From: an uncultured virus (IMG/VR IMGVR_UViG_3300042447_000416)
Taxonomy: Duplodnaviria; Heunggongvirae; Uroviricota; Caudoviricetes
Direction: 5' to 3' (one strand)
DNA: 64,000 nucleotides
Virus record (IMG/VR): IMGVR_UViG_3300042447_000416
Position 1 is the first letter of the stretch. Each line of letters starts with the position of its first letter. A program made the translations under genes and the position numbers. This document shows positions 37,201 to 46,568 of the stretch, piece after piece. A model generated the notes under the pieces. That model was given only the letters and a program-made list of their open reading frames with translations, was not told where the DNA came from and did no database searches.

Positions 37201-40200
37201 TTTTAATCCTGGTGCATAAGGGAAAGATCTTTGGCCCCCGTAAGATTTAGCTGCTTCAGCACGTGCTGCTTTTTCTGCAAGTTGTTCTGCACGTTTTGCT
37301 GGATTTCCACTAAGCCCATATGAGTCTTTATCATTCCTAATAACTCCGCCAATTTCATATCCTGGAATAATTTTTCCACTTTGAAGTGGTCTAAATATTT
37401 CTGGTCCTTTTTCTCCAACAACATAATTTTGTCCTGGAGATACTGGCCCACCCATTTCTCTATTTCCTCTAATATCAAATATTTTCTTTTTAAGCTCTTC
37501 TGTCATTGGGGTATTTTGTTTTGAATCCCAAGTTAAATATTTATTTTTTAATATGTCTTTATCTATTGGAGAAAGCTGTCTTATAATATTTCTGTCAGCA
37601 ATTAAATCATTAGCAGCCTGTCTAATAATTGAATCTAGTACGTCTGGCTCAAGACCATGCTTTAAAGCACCAGTCTTTGGATCTTTAACATATCCGTACG
37701 GCTTTTCTTTTGCCATAGCCGCTGCAAACTTGTCATAGAATAATTTTTGTGTATTTTTTCTTAAGCCAGAATTTGCAAATAATGTTTCTGCCATTCCTAT
37801 TGAAAGTGAGTTAACTCCCCATGGCGCTGACTCATACATACTAGGCTTAGGAGCTCCAGTTGGTCCAAATCCTGCACCAATTCTTCTCATAGCTAAGCCC
37901 TTTAAAACATTGCCAATTATTCCTCCGTTATTAAACTTAGGCATCATGTGTGCCAGTGCGGTAGGTTCTCCATTAATTTTTTCTATTCCATAATTACGAT
38001 ATGATCCCATGTACCGTGTACCATTGGCATCATTTGCTTCCATAAGTTTTGCTAAATCTGTTTTACCATATGGGTTTAAAGCAGTCTCTGCTTGAATTCC
38101 CCTAGCAACTGGGTCAGTTGAATGTGCTCTTCTTTGTCCTGGTACATTTAAGCTTTCTAAATATTCTTTTCTTAAACGAAGTTCTTTGGCTATTGAAAGG
38201 TATTCTTTGTGTTGAAGCCTTGACCATTCTGCTTCTCCAATTTTTCCAGTACCAGATAAACCAGAAACTATGTTTGTTCTAGCACGATCAGTTAATAGTG
38301 CTATTTTATCTGGAGGTACTTTGTTTACCTGTAAGAATCTGGTAAGTGAAGGTAAAGCCTGTTGAGATGAGCCATGCATTAAATCGCTTACAATGTCAGC
38401 TTTTTTAGCAGCACCATGAGAAAGAGCTGTATTAACACTTGCTCTTAATCTTCCGCCCCAATTTCCTACGAAATAATATTGCCTACTTAATTCTTTGGAT
38501 GACGATCTAAGCGCAGTTCCAAAAACACTGTCTTGGTATGCTCTAGCTTCTGCACCAGACAAAGACATATCTCTGCCTCGAAGCATTTCTCTTGAAAGCT
38601 TTGGATTACGCTTAAATAATTGTGCTAAAATTTTGCCCATTACTGCTGGGTTTATTGCTCCATAATTAGAGGTTGAAAGACTAATCTTTCCGCCACCCAT
38701 ATTTCCTGGAAGTGGTCTTCCGTTATTTGCTGCATCTACTGCTGCAAATAGTTCTGGATTGTCTTGAATTCCTGGACCAAATACTGTTTCTTGCGGTGTA
38801 AGAAGAGCAGTAATATTACCACTAGATTTTTTATGTGTTGAAGGAGCGGCTGCAACAAGTGCTGCATTTTTTGGATCTAAAGATGCTTCTTGATTTAATA
38901 CATATCCGCCCAATGGAACGCTACCCATTCTATCATCATACGAAATAGATGCAGGTCCGCTTACCCGAGTTTTATTTTGACCAAAGTCTTCAATTTTTCC
39001 GCCAGCATTAAATCTAGGTTTTGTTGTTTGAATACTATATCCTGCTCCAGAAGTTCTAACACCAAGACCACGGGCAATAGAATCTACAAGCTTAGAAGTG
39101 TCTGACTTATGGAAAAGCTCTTTCATATTTGACTTGCCAGCTGCGCTTACTACTGGCTGAGATGTGAGCGGTACCATCCCTAAGTTTATGCTTCTTGCTT
39201 GAGCCGTAGCTACACCCTGTGCTGTTTGAGCTAGCATAACTTCTACTTGTCGATTTAATGCAAATATCTTGGCTCTAGCTGCCTCTACTGTAATTTTACC
39301 AGCCTGTAATTGTTTAACAATTAATGCTGTTTCGTCTGCTGCCAAAGAAGTTATCTTTGTCATTTGTGGAAGTAATGCTTGATATGAATCTGATAGTGAT
39401 GCTGTTACTGTTCCAGTAGCAGCAATTTCAGTTTTAAGTAATGCTATTTCCGCCTTGGACTGCATTGCTAATGCTGCAGTCATAGAATGCCACTTAGCTG
39501 CTTCTGCTGCAACTATTCCATTTGAAACTCCATTAACTGAAGTAACTCCAGGAATCCTTGGAAGGTCATCACTCATGTATGTCTGTGGTGAATTTGAAAG
39601 TCTTAGGTTTACTGGCTTAGGCCCAGGAACAGTAGAGAATATTGTTTCGCCTGCCCTTTGTTCTGCAGTCTTTGATCCAGTTGGAATAACATGGGACATG
39701 TCTCTTGAATAAGATTTACCGACAAGTGGATTGTCTTTGTCTACAATTCTTCCTCCGCCTCGCATAACTGGATTACCAGCTATTGTAGACATGCTGTTGC
39801 TAGTTGCAACGGTAGATGACATTGCGCTCTGTTTTAATTTTTCAAATGATGCTGCTAATGTTAAAACTGCATCAGAAAATGTAGCTGCTGCCTTTGTGTC
39901 ACTGTAGAATGATTGCTCTACATTTTTTGCAGCAGATGATGCTGCCATTAATTCTGGAGTTAATAACTTAAATCCTGTCCCGCCCTTGCCAATGTTTTTA
40001 AGAGCAAGTATTCCTTTAATAATGTATCCAAAGAAGTTGGCAAGTACACCAGTTAACATAATAATAGGACCAGCAACTGCTGTAAGGCTTCCAATAAATC
40101 CTAATACTGCTTTAATTGGGCCAGGAAGGTTTCCAATAAACTTTACAATGCCGTCAATTGCATTTAATACAAATGTTCCAACTTTTAGGAACTGCTCTCC

Positions 40201-41718
40201 AATTACTGCTAAATCTGCCTTTACTGACTCTAATGCTCTTCTGTATTTACCAGATGCAGACTCAGTCATTGTTTTTAATTCTCGCTCAGATATGCTAGCA
40301 AGATCTTTTGTGCTGGCCTTCATCAAATCTAGTACCTGTAGTGTCTGGCTTCCTTCTTTTCCAAGGTTCTCAAATAGTGCGTTTATTCTTGCAAATTGAA
40401 ACTTACCAAATAGTTGTTCAATTGCTCTTGCTCTTTGTAATGGCTCAAGAGAATCTAATGAATCTTTCAGTGCCATAACTGTTCCAGTTAGATTGCCAGC
40501 ATTCTTTTCAACTATTCCGCCTAGATCAATGCCAAATCCCATGAACTGCTCTTTGGCAACCTTTGTTGGATTAATTATAGATGCTAATGCAGACTTTAAT
40601 GCGTTTGCTCCTTCTGAAGCATTAATACCACCTTCACGCATTGCAGTTAAATAAAGTGCAAGATCTTGTATGTCTCCGCCCAATGCTTTTACAACTGGAC
40701 CAGCTTTAGGAATTGCTTCTACTAAATCTGCAAGGCTTGTTGAAGTTTGGTTTTCTACTGAGTTTAAAAAGTCAATTGATTCTGCAAGCTCTTGTGAGTT
40801 TTGGCTAAATGCTGTTTGAATTGCAAGAGTAGCTTTCATTGCTTCTTGTCTATCAACTTCACCAAGTACTGCAAGTCTGGTTGTTTGTCTAGTAGATTCT
40901 AGAAGGTCTGCTCCTTCTTTTCCAGTTGCGGCAATGTCCGCAGCTAAACCAATCGTTTCTGTAAAGTTTGCGCCTAGGGTGGAAGCTAGCTCTCTAGACA
41001 ATGAAGAAACATCTTTTCTTACCTTTAATAAATCAGCAGCTGATGTTGCTGTTAATCCGCCATAAACCTTTGTAAGTCTTACAAGACCTTCGTCTGCTTC
41101 TTTAAATGCTTTTGCAGCAGCCATTCCAAACGCTGCTAGCGGTACAGTAAGTCCTACTGTAAGCTGTCTACCCGCCCATTGTGTATTTTTACCCCAGTTA
41201 ATAAGTTGGTTTGATCCATCCATCATTACCTTATTCATGATAGATAGTTCTTGTCTTAATAATGCAGACTTATTCTTGGTTACGTCTAGTCCAGATTGAA
41301 CCATTACGTTATATTGCATTAACCCTTGAGCATTTTTGCCTAGTGGTTGTATGATTGAGTTTTCAAGCATTACTTGCTGTTTAGCTAAGTCTCTAACTAA
41401 TGAGCTAGTTTTTTGTGTATGTCCTTGCCAGGTTCTAAAATATTGTCCTAGCTTCATTCTTCCGCTATCTAGGTTCTGTCCGAACTTAGATACGTCTGAG
41501 GTTAGTGTTACGAAGTGTCTGGCAAACTGGCCAGTGGAGCGCATGGTTTCGTCAAACTGACGATTCATTACTCCAACTTGGCTAGTTAAATTTTTATTTA
41601 AACCAATTGTTGTAGCTTGAAGTTTTAGAAGTTGGGAGGTCACCGCTTGTAACTGCGCTGTTAGGCTACTAAAATTAGCCGTCGCAGTTATGTTGGTAAC
41701 TATATTTTGATCTGCCAA
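34219..41718 (-). CDS. Tail tape measure protein (2499 aa)
   Basis: TP901-like core (EGGINASEGANALK), long Ala/Gly helices, VGEKGPE motifs; follows the chaperones. Confidence 0.93.
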   Translation of the reverse strand: MADQNIVTNITATANFSSLTAQLQAVTSQLLKLQATTIGLNKNLTSQVGVMNRQFDETMRSTGQFARHFVTLTSDVSKFGQNLDSGRMKLGQYFRTWQGHTQKTSSLVRDLAKQQVMLENSIIQPLGKNAQGLMQYNVMVQSGLDVTKNKSALLRQELSIMNKVMMDGSNQLINWGKNTQWAGRQLTVGLTVPLAAFGMAAAKAFKEADEGLVRLTKVYGGLTATSAADLLKVRKDVSSLSRELASTLGANFTETIGLAADIAATGKEGADLLESTRQTTRLAVLGEVDRQEAMKATLAIQTAFSQNSQELAESIDFLNSVENQTSTSLADLVEAIPKAGPVVKALGGDIQDLALYLTAMREGGINASEGANALKSALASIINPTKVAKEQFMGFGIDLGGIVEKNAGNLTGTVMALKDSLDSLEPLQRARAIEQLFGKFQFARINALFENLGKEGSQTLQVLDLMKASTKDLASISERELKTMTESASGKYRRALESVKADLAVIGEQFLKVGTFVLNAIDGIVKFIGNLPGPIKAVLGFIGSLTAVAGPIIMLTGVLANFFGYIIKGILALKNIGKGGTGFKLLTPELMAASSAAKNVEQSFYSDTKAAATFSDAVLTLAASFEKLKQSAMSSTVATSNSMSTIAGNPVMRGGGRIVDKDNPLVGKSYSRDMSHVIPTGSKTAEQRAGETIFSTVPGPKPVNLRLSNSPQTYMSDDLPRIPGVTSVNGVSNGIVAAEAAKWHSMTAALAMQSKAEIALLKTEIAATGTVTASLSDSYQALLPQMTKITSLAADETALIVKQLQAGKITVEAARAKIFALNRQVEVMLAQTAQGVATAQARSINLGMVPLTSQPVVSAAGKSNMKELFHKSDTSKLVDSIARGLGVRTSGAGYSIQTTKPRFNAGGKIEDFGQNKTRVSGPASISYDDRMGSVPLGGYVLNQEASLDPKNAALVAAAPSTHKKSSGNITALLTPQETVFGPGIQDNPELFAAVDAANNGRPLPGNMGGGKISLSTSNYGAINPAVMGKILAQLFKRNPKLSREMLRGRDMSLSGAEARAYQDSVFGTALRSSSKELSRQYYFVGNWGGRLRASVNTALSHGAAKKADIVSDLMHGSSQQALPSLTRFLQVNKVPPDKIALLTDRARTNIVSGLSGTGKIGEAEWSRLQHKEYLSIAKELRLRKEYLESLNVPGQRRAHSTDPVARGIQAETALNPYGKTDLAKLMEANDANGTRYMGSYRNYGIEKINGEPTALAHMMPKFNNGGIIGNVLKGLAMRRIGAGFGPTGAPKPSMYESAPWGVNSLSIGMAETLFANSGLRKNTQKLFYDKFAAAMAKEKPYGYVKDPKTGALKHGLEPDVLDSIIRQAANDLIADRNIIRQLSPIDKDILKNKYLTWDSKQNTPMTEELKKKIFDIRGNREMGGPVSPGQNYVVGEKGPEIFRPLQSGKIIPGYEIGGVIRNDKDSYGLSGNPAKRAEQLAEKAARAEAAKSYGGQRSFPYAPGLKLPLSGAGSSIDSAFSSIASSLKAGSNKLITSTRMINDQVSYSIRSLVDGSKLYANSITSAAKSIGSSYKRGGSEILVAGVPGAFPGGKEDRAARMASSFKTNAAYSTAAIMHPIQYLKTKGLNPEFGQGAGANMVGMMGGMAAGGAIGGKLGGQNGAMMGSMAGMMGGQMLLPKIGGMITKRAAASAATAGLASAGFGATAAAAAGLVAPLAAVTVAVIAGYKAWKNYKEGQTLNIATFGLTAEAAKKAGLRFTDFGLKIKDTIQDAKDLADANKLIYESMKDGGTPFQMTIAEYKKLKIEVKETFGEQIKALDRQPSNKVPDAVRRIKEQLIAAGMSAEEATKKVYTMLQLSNKKDQSITATLGNAAFKAITDPQTAAVSAVTSFGADTKDQGNKEKAASLNTALMATETGINDLIAKRERLVAKDLTGKTKSLSYAEAEKIMLDQINKSKEAGAVITQGTVDEMAKTNPEVKKMINGSDTVVSVWEKIRLQAQGFTGDLSQLNAAQTKLIADSFAAINTSVVATNSSKDGLLSKQYSALAKLEDKIKSYTKALKGQTVSQQISDRDKLSSLNKQIEANNKLAEARKKALSAAQADADLGRQIEKTRLAMQNAEATGDTQKSQELRLDLESLTSQQQTESQSKAIDKATEAANAPLKAAIEALGNKQQDLADSAALAGESLDSYRKKQAEAIAAIDKVNNSMTALYGNAQAAGKSVEDYVKTNKEAAAGLVAAVEAATGEKMPRYTEYSNYEGGKVVTNKIPVSPQANALSILAKSGAGSAVNEALANSIKGGASLKDVVDAVKGVNGKPALRKDIAVSGNYSNAMEEKEFNGVKTKVLNAQARRSIANNQDLQIGETFIWNGQRYGKSKTNGNIVFMGKAAAGVQGGASGMYLVGEKGPEFVHLKNRANIMPNDVMNTLAAASPRYSFDKRSYNVKGDGAIGASYVVNQNIYASDGMDVEALSNMIIKKAEVVIGQKAKVNVKMVGQGKNI

Positions 41719-41722
41719 CTAC

Positions 41723-42091
41723 CTACTCCTTTTTGTATCCGAGTCCCGCTCCGATACCAAACCCTGCTTCTGAAGCAAACTGACCTTGTAGTGAAACAAC
41801 ATCGGATGCATCTGCAGTTATTCCAAGAGCCTTTCTTCTTACATCTTCAAAGCTCTTGCTTTCTTCTTGTTCTTCGGCGCCATCAAGTTCTACGCCTTGT
41901 ATTGCGGCCAAAAACTTTCTTTTTTCTGATTCAGACTTTTGCATAGATTTAAAAGTTTGAATCAATTCTGGCATTGAAAGGTTGTCTTCCAATTCCTCGT
42001 AATTCTTATAGTTTCCTATTAGAAATACTTCTCCTTCTAATGCAGCTAGATCTAGTTCTGACCAGCTAGAACCGCTGCTGCTAGCAAATTT
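41723..42091 (-). CDS. Tail assembly chaperone C-terminal (-1 frameshift) extension
   Basis: -1 frame open from the A AAT TTG site to 41723. Confidence 0.7.
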   Translation of the reverse strand, partial: KFASSSGSSWSELDLAALEGEVFLIGNYKNYEELEDNLSMPELIQTFKSMQKSESEKRKFLAAIQGVELDGAEEQEESKSFEDVRRKALGITADASDVVSLQGQFASEAGFGIGAGLGYKKE

Positions 42092-42384
42092 GGATCGTCC
42101 ATCTTAATGCCACCGCAAACTTCAAGGATGCGATTAATTGTTGGAACATCAAGAGTATCCTCAAATGCGTCTCTATTTTTTACCAAATCTGGAAGCTGCT
42201 TCTCTAGTGCTACTGCACAAGCATCGATTAGGATGGTTAGCGTCTCATCTTCTGTAGTTACTTCTGCTGTCTTTGCAATAGCTGCCATAAACTTTCTAAG
42301 CTCTTTAATTGTTAAAGGCTTTAACTTTACGGTTGCGCCATTTTGTAGTTGAATCTCTTCTACATCATATACTGTTGTTGCCAA
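42052..42384 (-). CDS. Tail assembly chaperone
   Basis: Between tail tube and tape measure; TTG start with GGAGGA SD; DPN near the end. Confidence 0.8.
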   Translation of the reverse strand: MATTVYDVEEIQLQNGATVKLKPLTIKELRKFMAAIAKTAEVTTEDETLTILIDACAVALEKQLPDLVKNRDAFEDTLDVPTINRILEVCGGIKMDDPNLLAAAVLAGQN

Positions 42385-42447
42385 TTTAAATCCTCCTAGG
42401 ATCTCGTCTTAATTATTGTATCATATCAGAATTACCAATACAATGAT

Positions 42448-42477
42448 AAAACCCCCCTAATTTCTTAGGGGGGTTTT
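42448..42477. terminator. Intrinsic terminator (possibly bidirectional) after the tail tube gene
   Basis: AAAACCCCCCTAA/TTAGGGGGGTTTT. Confidence 0.8.
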
Positions 42478-42499
42478 ACTAATTAATAAGAATTAATTA

Positions 42500-43234
42500 T
42501 TATGCGTGGGTTGAAATGATACGGTCAATAATTAGTCCGTATTCCTGACCTACCTTGATGCCGTCTGGAAGCAAACGGAATGTTACTGGGAATGTTGATG
42601 CTGCGTTACGAGCCAAAGAGAACTGTGACTGTTGTACAGAAAGAACACGACGTGCATAATATACACGCTCAGCAATCAAACCTAGTGTACCGTCAGATGC
42701 TGCTGTACCACCTTGTGGTGCTGCACCGACTGCAACTAATTGACGCTCATTTGGAGCTGCTCCTAGAGCACCTGCCTCAAGACCAAGTGTGCTCTTTGCA
42801 GCAGCAGCTGTTCCTGAATTTGATAAAGTTGATGTTCCTTGACCAAATACGGCTAGAATGTTCTCAAGAGTACCTTCTGCCATTTCTGTTGCGATCATAA
42901 CTTCCATTGACTCCTTGAAAAGCTTTGCTGTATCAAGAAGCTGATCTACTGTTACTGAACCGTATGATGGGTTGTAAGTAATTTGAAGACCGTTGTTTGT
43001 GTAACCTACGTTACGGAATTTGTTTGTTGCATCTGCATTTAGAGTTTCTGTATAAGACTTTCCTGCTGTCTTAACTGCTGGGGTTCCAGTTGAAGTTTCG
43101 TTTTCGAAAGCTACACCTGCTGCTGAACCTGGCTCCATGTTTTCTACATATCCTGATGTTGTGATGTCTTTAGTAGACAAAAAGAGCGGTGAAGCTCCAA
43201 CAAGAATATTTTTAGCATTGTTATACTTTGCCAT
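42500..43234 (-). CDS. Major tail tube protein
   Basis: NILVGA, VGYTNNG, VDQ, FPVTFRLL; SD AGGAGG; terminator follows. Confidence 0.85.
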   Translation of the reverse strand: MAKYNNAKNILVGASPLFLSTKDITTSGYVENMEPGSAAGVAFENETSTGTPAVKTAGKSYTETLNADATNKFRNVGYTNNGLQITYNPSYGSVTVDQLLDTAKLFKESMEVMIATEMAEGTLENILAVFGQGTSTLSNSGTAAAAKSTLGLEAGALGAAPNERQLVAVGAAPQGGTAASDGTLGLIAERVYYARRVLSVQQSQFSLARNAASTFPVTFRLLPDGIKVGQEYGLIIDRIISTHA

Positions 43235-43357
43235 GCTGTACTACCTCCTGTTAAATAAATATATATATATATTGACTTACTGTAAATCTTTAAATCAAGC
43301 TGGCTAGGCTCATTTCCTCTTGGTATAATTTTATCTTACAATCAACTAAAAGGCAAA

Positions 43358-43864
43358 CTAATCAAATCTACCGTTTGGACCTACTGTTCTGGAGTATTTG
43401 ACTTCTAGTATTACGTCGGCGGCTAGAAAGCCTGCAAGCTCCTCAGATGGCTCTGTAGGAGACATGTCTACAATTAAGGTATTGTGAAATATTATTTTGT
43501 CTGTAGATCTTGACCTGTTTAGGTCTCTGGCAGAATCGTCCATTCTCCTGAATACGTCCATCATCATATTTCTAATGGCATTTATTTCGGCGTGGTCTAC
43601 TGAGTAGATTGTAAATGATATCTTTTCGCAACATATCATCCAGTTCTCTTCGTATGTGCTACCTATCTTGTCATAAACAATATGGGTCTTACCGCTTAAA
43701 AATTGGCTCATTTCTGGAGCTTGCTGAACTGGAATAATTGGAATTATTGATTCGCCTAAATTGTCGCTATAATATGAGTTAGGATCTACTAGGCTATTGA
43801 GTATAAGTTCTTGCCATAAGTGTTTTCTAATTTCATACATTGCATCTATATTATAATTTACCAT
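43358..43864 (-). CDS. Tail terminator-like protein
   Basis: Position and size only. Confidence 0.55.
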   Translation of the reverse strand: MVNYNIDAMYEIRKHLWQELILNSLVDPNSYYSDNLGESIIPIIPVQQAPEMSQFLSGKTHIVYDKIGSTYEENWMICCEKISFTIYSVDHAEINAIRNMMMDVFRRMDDSARDLNRSRSTDKIIFHNTLIVDMSPTEPSEELAGFLAADVILEVKYSRTVGPNGRFD

Positions 43865-44658
43865 TATGCTGCTCCTCCAAATTGTTCAGTTAATGCTGAG
43901 TCCGCCTGTAGTCTAATTGTACCTGGACTAAAAGAATAACGCACCTTGGATATAGAAGAAGGAACCCTCATTGCTTTTTCAAATTTGGATCCGAATATAT
44001 TTTGAAATCCAGACGCTTTTATAGAATGAGATACCATAGGTCCACTAAAATATCTGCTATATGCAAGATTGAATTGATTAGTAGATGCTCTACCGCCTGG
44101 GCTTCTTACTGTAACTGACTTACCCTTTGGCATAAATACAACTTCTCCATCAATTTCAAATACCAGCCTTTCAGCTGATTTTGGTCTGATTGTAATTGGC
44201 ATACCTTTTTCCATTACCGCAGCTTTATTTGCAAAAACGTATCTGCTCTTCTGTTTTCTATTTTTTGTAGGCACGGAAGATTTAGATAATTTTAAATCAT
44301 AATTAATTTTAAATGAAAGTCCAACTGAATCCATTCTATTTAGTTTAAATAATCTACCAGCAGTTTGCCCAGTTTTATTCCATTCATATACATGGTGTAA
44401 TGATTTTGGCTTTGTACGAGCTTGTGAGTCTATGAATAAACCAAAGTCCTGATCTATCTGGTTAAATATTGTAGTTTTAAAAAGTCTTTGAAAGGACTTA
44501 TTTGCCGTAAGCTTTGCTGCTACATTTGCCTGGTAATATAAAAATGCAGATATCTGTGCTACGTTACTATCTTTAACAACTCCAGCAGCAGATGAACCGA
44601 CCATTAATCTTTCTAGGCCAGACGCCGCTTGTAGTAGTGCTACTCCGTTAGTCTCCAA
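43864..44658 (-). CDS. Neck / tail-completion protein
   Basis: Position; LHHVYEW motif. Confidence 0.5.
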   Translation of the reverse strand: METNGVALLQAASGLERLMVGSSAAGVVKDSNVAQISAFLYYQANVAAKLTANKSFQRLFKTTIFNQIDQDFGLFIDSQARTKPKSLHHVYEWNKTGQTAGRLFKLNRMDSVGLSFKINYDLKLSKSSVPTKNRKQKSRYVFANKAAVMEKGMPITIRPKSAERLVFEIDGEVVFMPKGKSVTVRSPGGRASTNQFNLAYSRYFSGPMVSHSIKASGFQNIFGSKFEKAMRVPSSISKVRYSFSPGTIRLQADSALTEQFGGAA

Positions 44659-45076
44659 TTATCTGGTTCTCCGACCTTTTGGCAATTGAGTTATATGCCA
44701 TAAGTGTTCCAAACGGATCTGTAATTGGTGTTGAGCTTACTATCTCAAAAACTGTGGGTGTATCATTTGGGTAATTCAATTCATACCATATTACATTATT
44801 AGATGAATCTTTAATGTTAGTTATCTTTTGTCTATATGTAATTGGTGTTTGTGTTCTAATTTCTATAGTTTGAGTGTTTTCATATTTAATTGATATAGAC
44901 CTATTGTCTCCGCTTCTTGCAGAAGATGAGTTAGATATAATTCCTTTTGCAAAACAAGGGAGTGTCTTTTCATATATCCAAGACTTTTTAATGGCACCAG
45001 TATTTGGGTCCTGATAATCTTCTTGCATATATATATCTACTTTCATATTGAAAATAGAATCGACCAGATTGTTCAT
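44648..45076 (-). CDS. Head closure / stopper-like protein
   Basis: Position and beta-rich 142 aa. Confidence 0.55.
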   Translation of the reverse strand: MNNLVDSIFNMKVDIYMQEDYQDPNTGAIKKSWIYEKTLPCFAKGIISNSSSARSGDNRSISIKYENTQTIEIRTQTPITYRQKITNIKDSSNNVIWYELNYPNDTPTVFEIVSSTPITDPFGTLMAYNSIAKRSENQIIGD

Positions 45077-45077
45077 G

Positions 45078-46058
45078 TTAAATAACTACCATCTTATTTG
45101 TAACGTATGGCAGCAATAGCTGGTCTGCATAGTTATTTCCTGTGCCGCTAAATGCTGATGTGTCGTATTGGAACTGCCAGTCAAATGTTTGTATGCTCTT
45201 TATGTATTTATTGCGCCACTCTTTGTCTTTAGAAAAAAAGTCTCTCATTAATTCTATACATGCAAGCTCTACTTCGTCTGGAACATTATCCCAGCCATAT
45301 CTACCAGCAACTCTGTATGTTCCGCCATTTACAAATATACCTCTTCCGCTATCATTAATGCTTGGAGGAATCATGCCATTTGCGTAATACACTACATTGT
45401 CTAAAGCGTTTGATCTATCCACTCTTAACCCAAATCCACTTTCAGATATGGAAACTGGCATGTTTAAATTATTAATACTGTTAATGGTGTCAACCAAAAG
45501 CATGTCATTTAAATAAAGCTCGTGTAACTGGTTAATTTTTTGAGGCAATGGCAGGACGTCTGCTCCAGTTGAATAAACAATATTTACATCATCATATAAA
45601 TGGAACTGCTGTCCAGTATAATTTTCAATTAATTTTCTAGCATATCGCTCTGCAGCAACTAGGTCAGCAAATGTTTTATAATTTGGGTCAGACTGATCAA
45701 ATCCAAACCCTAATGCATCTGCTGCCTGAGTTAAATCTGCGTATGGAGTTACAACAAAAATCTTATGCTCTTTTGTTACTAACTGTCCGTCAACCTGATA
45801 TTCCCATACTAGCTTTAATGATCTAGGTCTGTTTGTAAGAGTCAGTGGCGGGTATACGCTGTATACTCCAAAGTCTGTGTCTACTTCTTCTGCTGTTTGT
45901 GTGTGTAGAATAGTGACTGGATTAATAGATGGAGCAACTGCTGGGTCTTCAGTTATGTCATAAAACTTAACTGTTGGAAGTGAATCTGCTCTAGATATGC
46001 CGCCTTTCCAAAAGACTCTTTGCTTTACTGGAGCATTTGTTCCTACTATAATTTCCAT
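45078..46058 (-). CDS. Head-to-tail adaptor
   Basis: IENYTGQ, GRYGWDNVP.EVELA, D.LL.PY. Confidence 0.75.
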   Translation of the reverse strand: MEIIVGTNAPVKQRVFWKGGISRADSLPTVKFYDITEDPAVAPSINPVTILHTQTAEEVDTDFGVYSVYPPLTLTNRPRSLKLVWEYQVDGQLVTKEHKIFVVTPYADLTQAADALGFGFDQSDPNYKTFADLVAAERYARKLIENYTGQQFHLYDDVNIVYSTGADVLPLPQKINQLHELYLNDMLLVDTINSINNLNMPVSISESGFGLRVDRSNALDNVVYYANGMIPPSINDSGRGIFVNGGTYRVAGRYGWDNVPDEVELACIELMRDFFSKDKEWRNKYIKSIQTFDWQFQYDTSAFSGTGNNYADQLLLPYVTNKMVVI

Positions 46059-46073
46059 TTTGTGTTGTTAAGA

Positions 46074-46469
46074 TTAGCCGTAATAATCCTGTACTTCTTT
46101 TGGTGTGGCTAAACGAAACCCCTCCTCTATATCAAAAATTTCTTGAGCAGAATCTTTGTGCATTGCTACAAATGGGTGTTCTTGTGTAAAAGTGTGGCCC
46201 AAAATATCATACCTAAAGTTTGCTCTTGTCATTCTAACTAGTACAGTATCTTCTGTACGCTCTGCCTTTGGATCAAATACTGGAAGGACTTCAATTTCCT
46301 CTTTTGCATCTTCTATATCTTTTAGTGTCTTGGCATACAGTTCGTATGTAACACCCTCTTCTGATAATGCTGCGATTATGTCTTGCTTATTCTTAAGTCC
46401 TTCTGTTTCAACTGCAAAATCTTCTGCAATTGCTTTTAGTTCTCCGACCTTTAATGTGTCAAAAGACAT
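46074..46469 (-). CDS. Hypothetical protein with N-terminal helix-extended-helix (Rho-N-like) motif
   Basis: LKVGELKAIA....E.GLKNKQDII. Confidence 0.55.
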   Translation of the reverse strand: MSFDTLKVGELKAIAEDFAVETEGLKNKQDIIAALSEEGVTYELYAKTLKDIEDAKEEIEVLPVFDPKAERTEDTVLVRMTRANFRYDILGHTFTQEHPFVAMHKDSAQEIFDIEEGFRLATPKEVQDYYG

Positions 46470-46521
46470 TTATTACTCCTTTTTCTAGGTAAATCCATTA
46501 TAGCATTGTATAATTAAAATG

Positions 46522-46547
46522 AAAAGCCCCCAAAATTAATTGGGGGC
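46522..46547 (-). terminator. Intrinsic terminator after the major capsid gene
   Basis: GCCCCCAA/TTGGGGGC followed by TTTT. Confidence 0.8.
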
Positions 46548-46568
46548 CTCTCTGAGATTAATTCCTAA

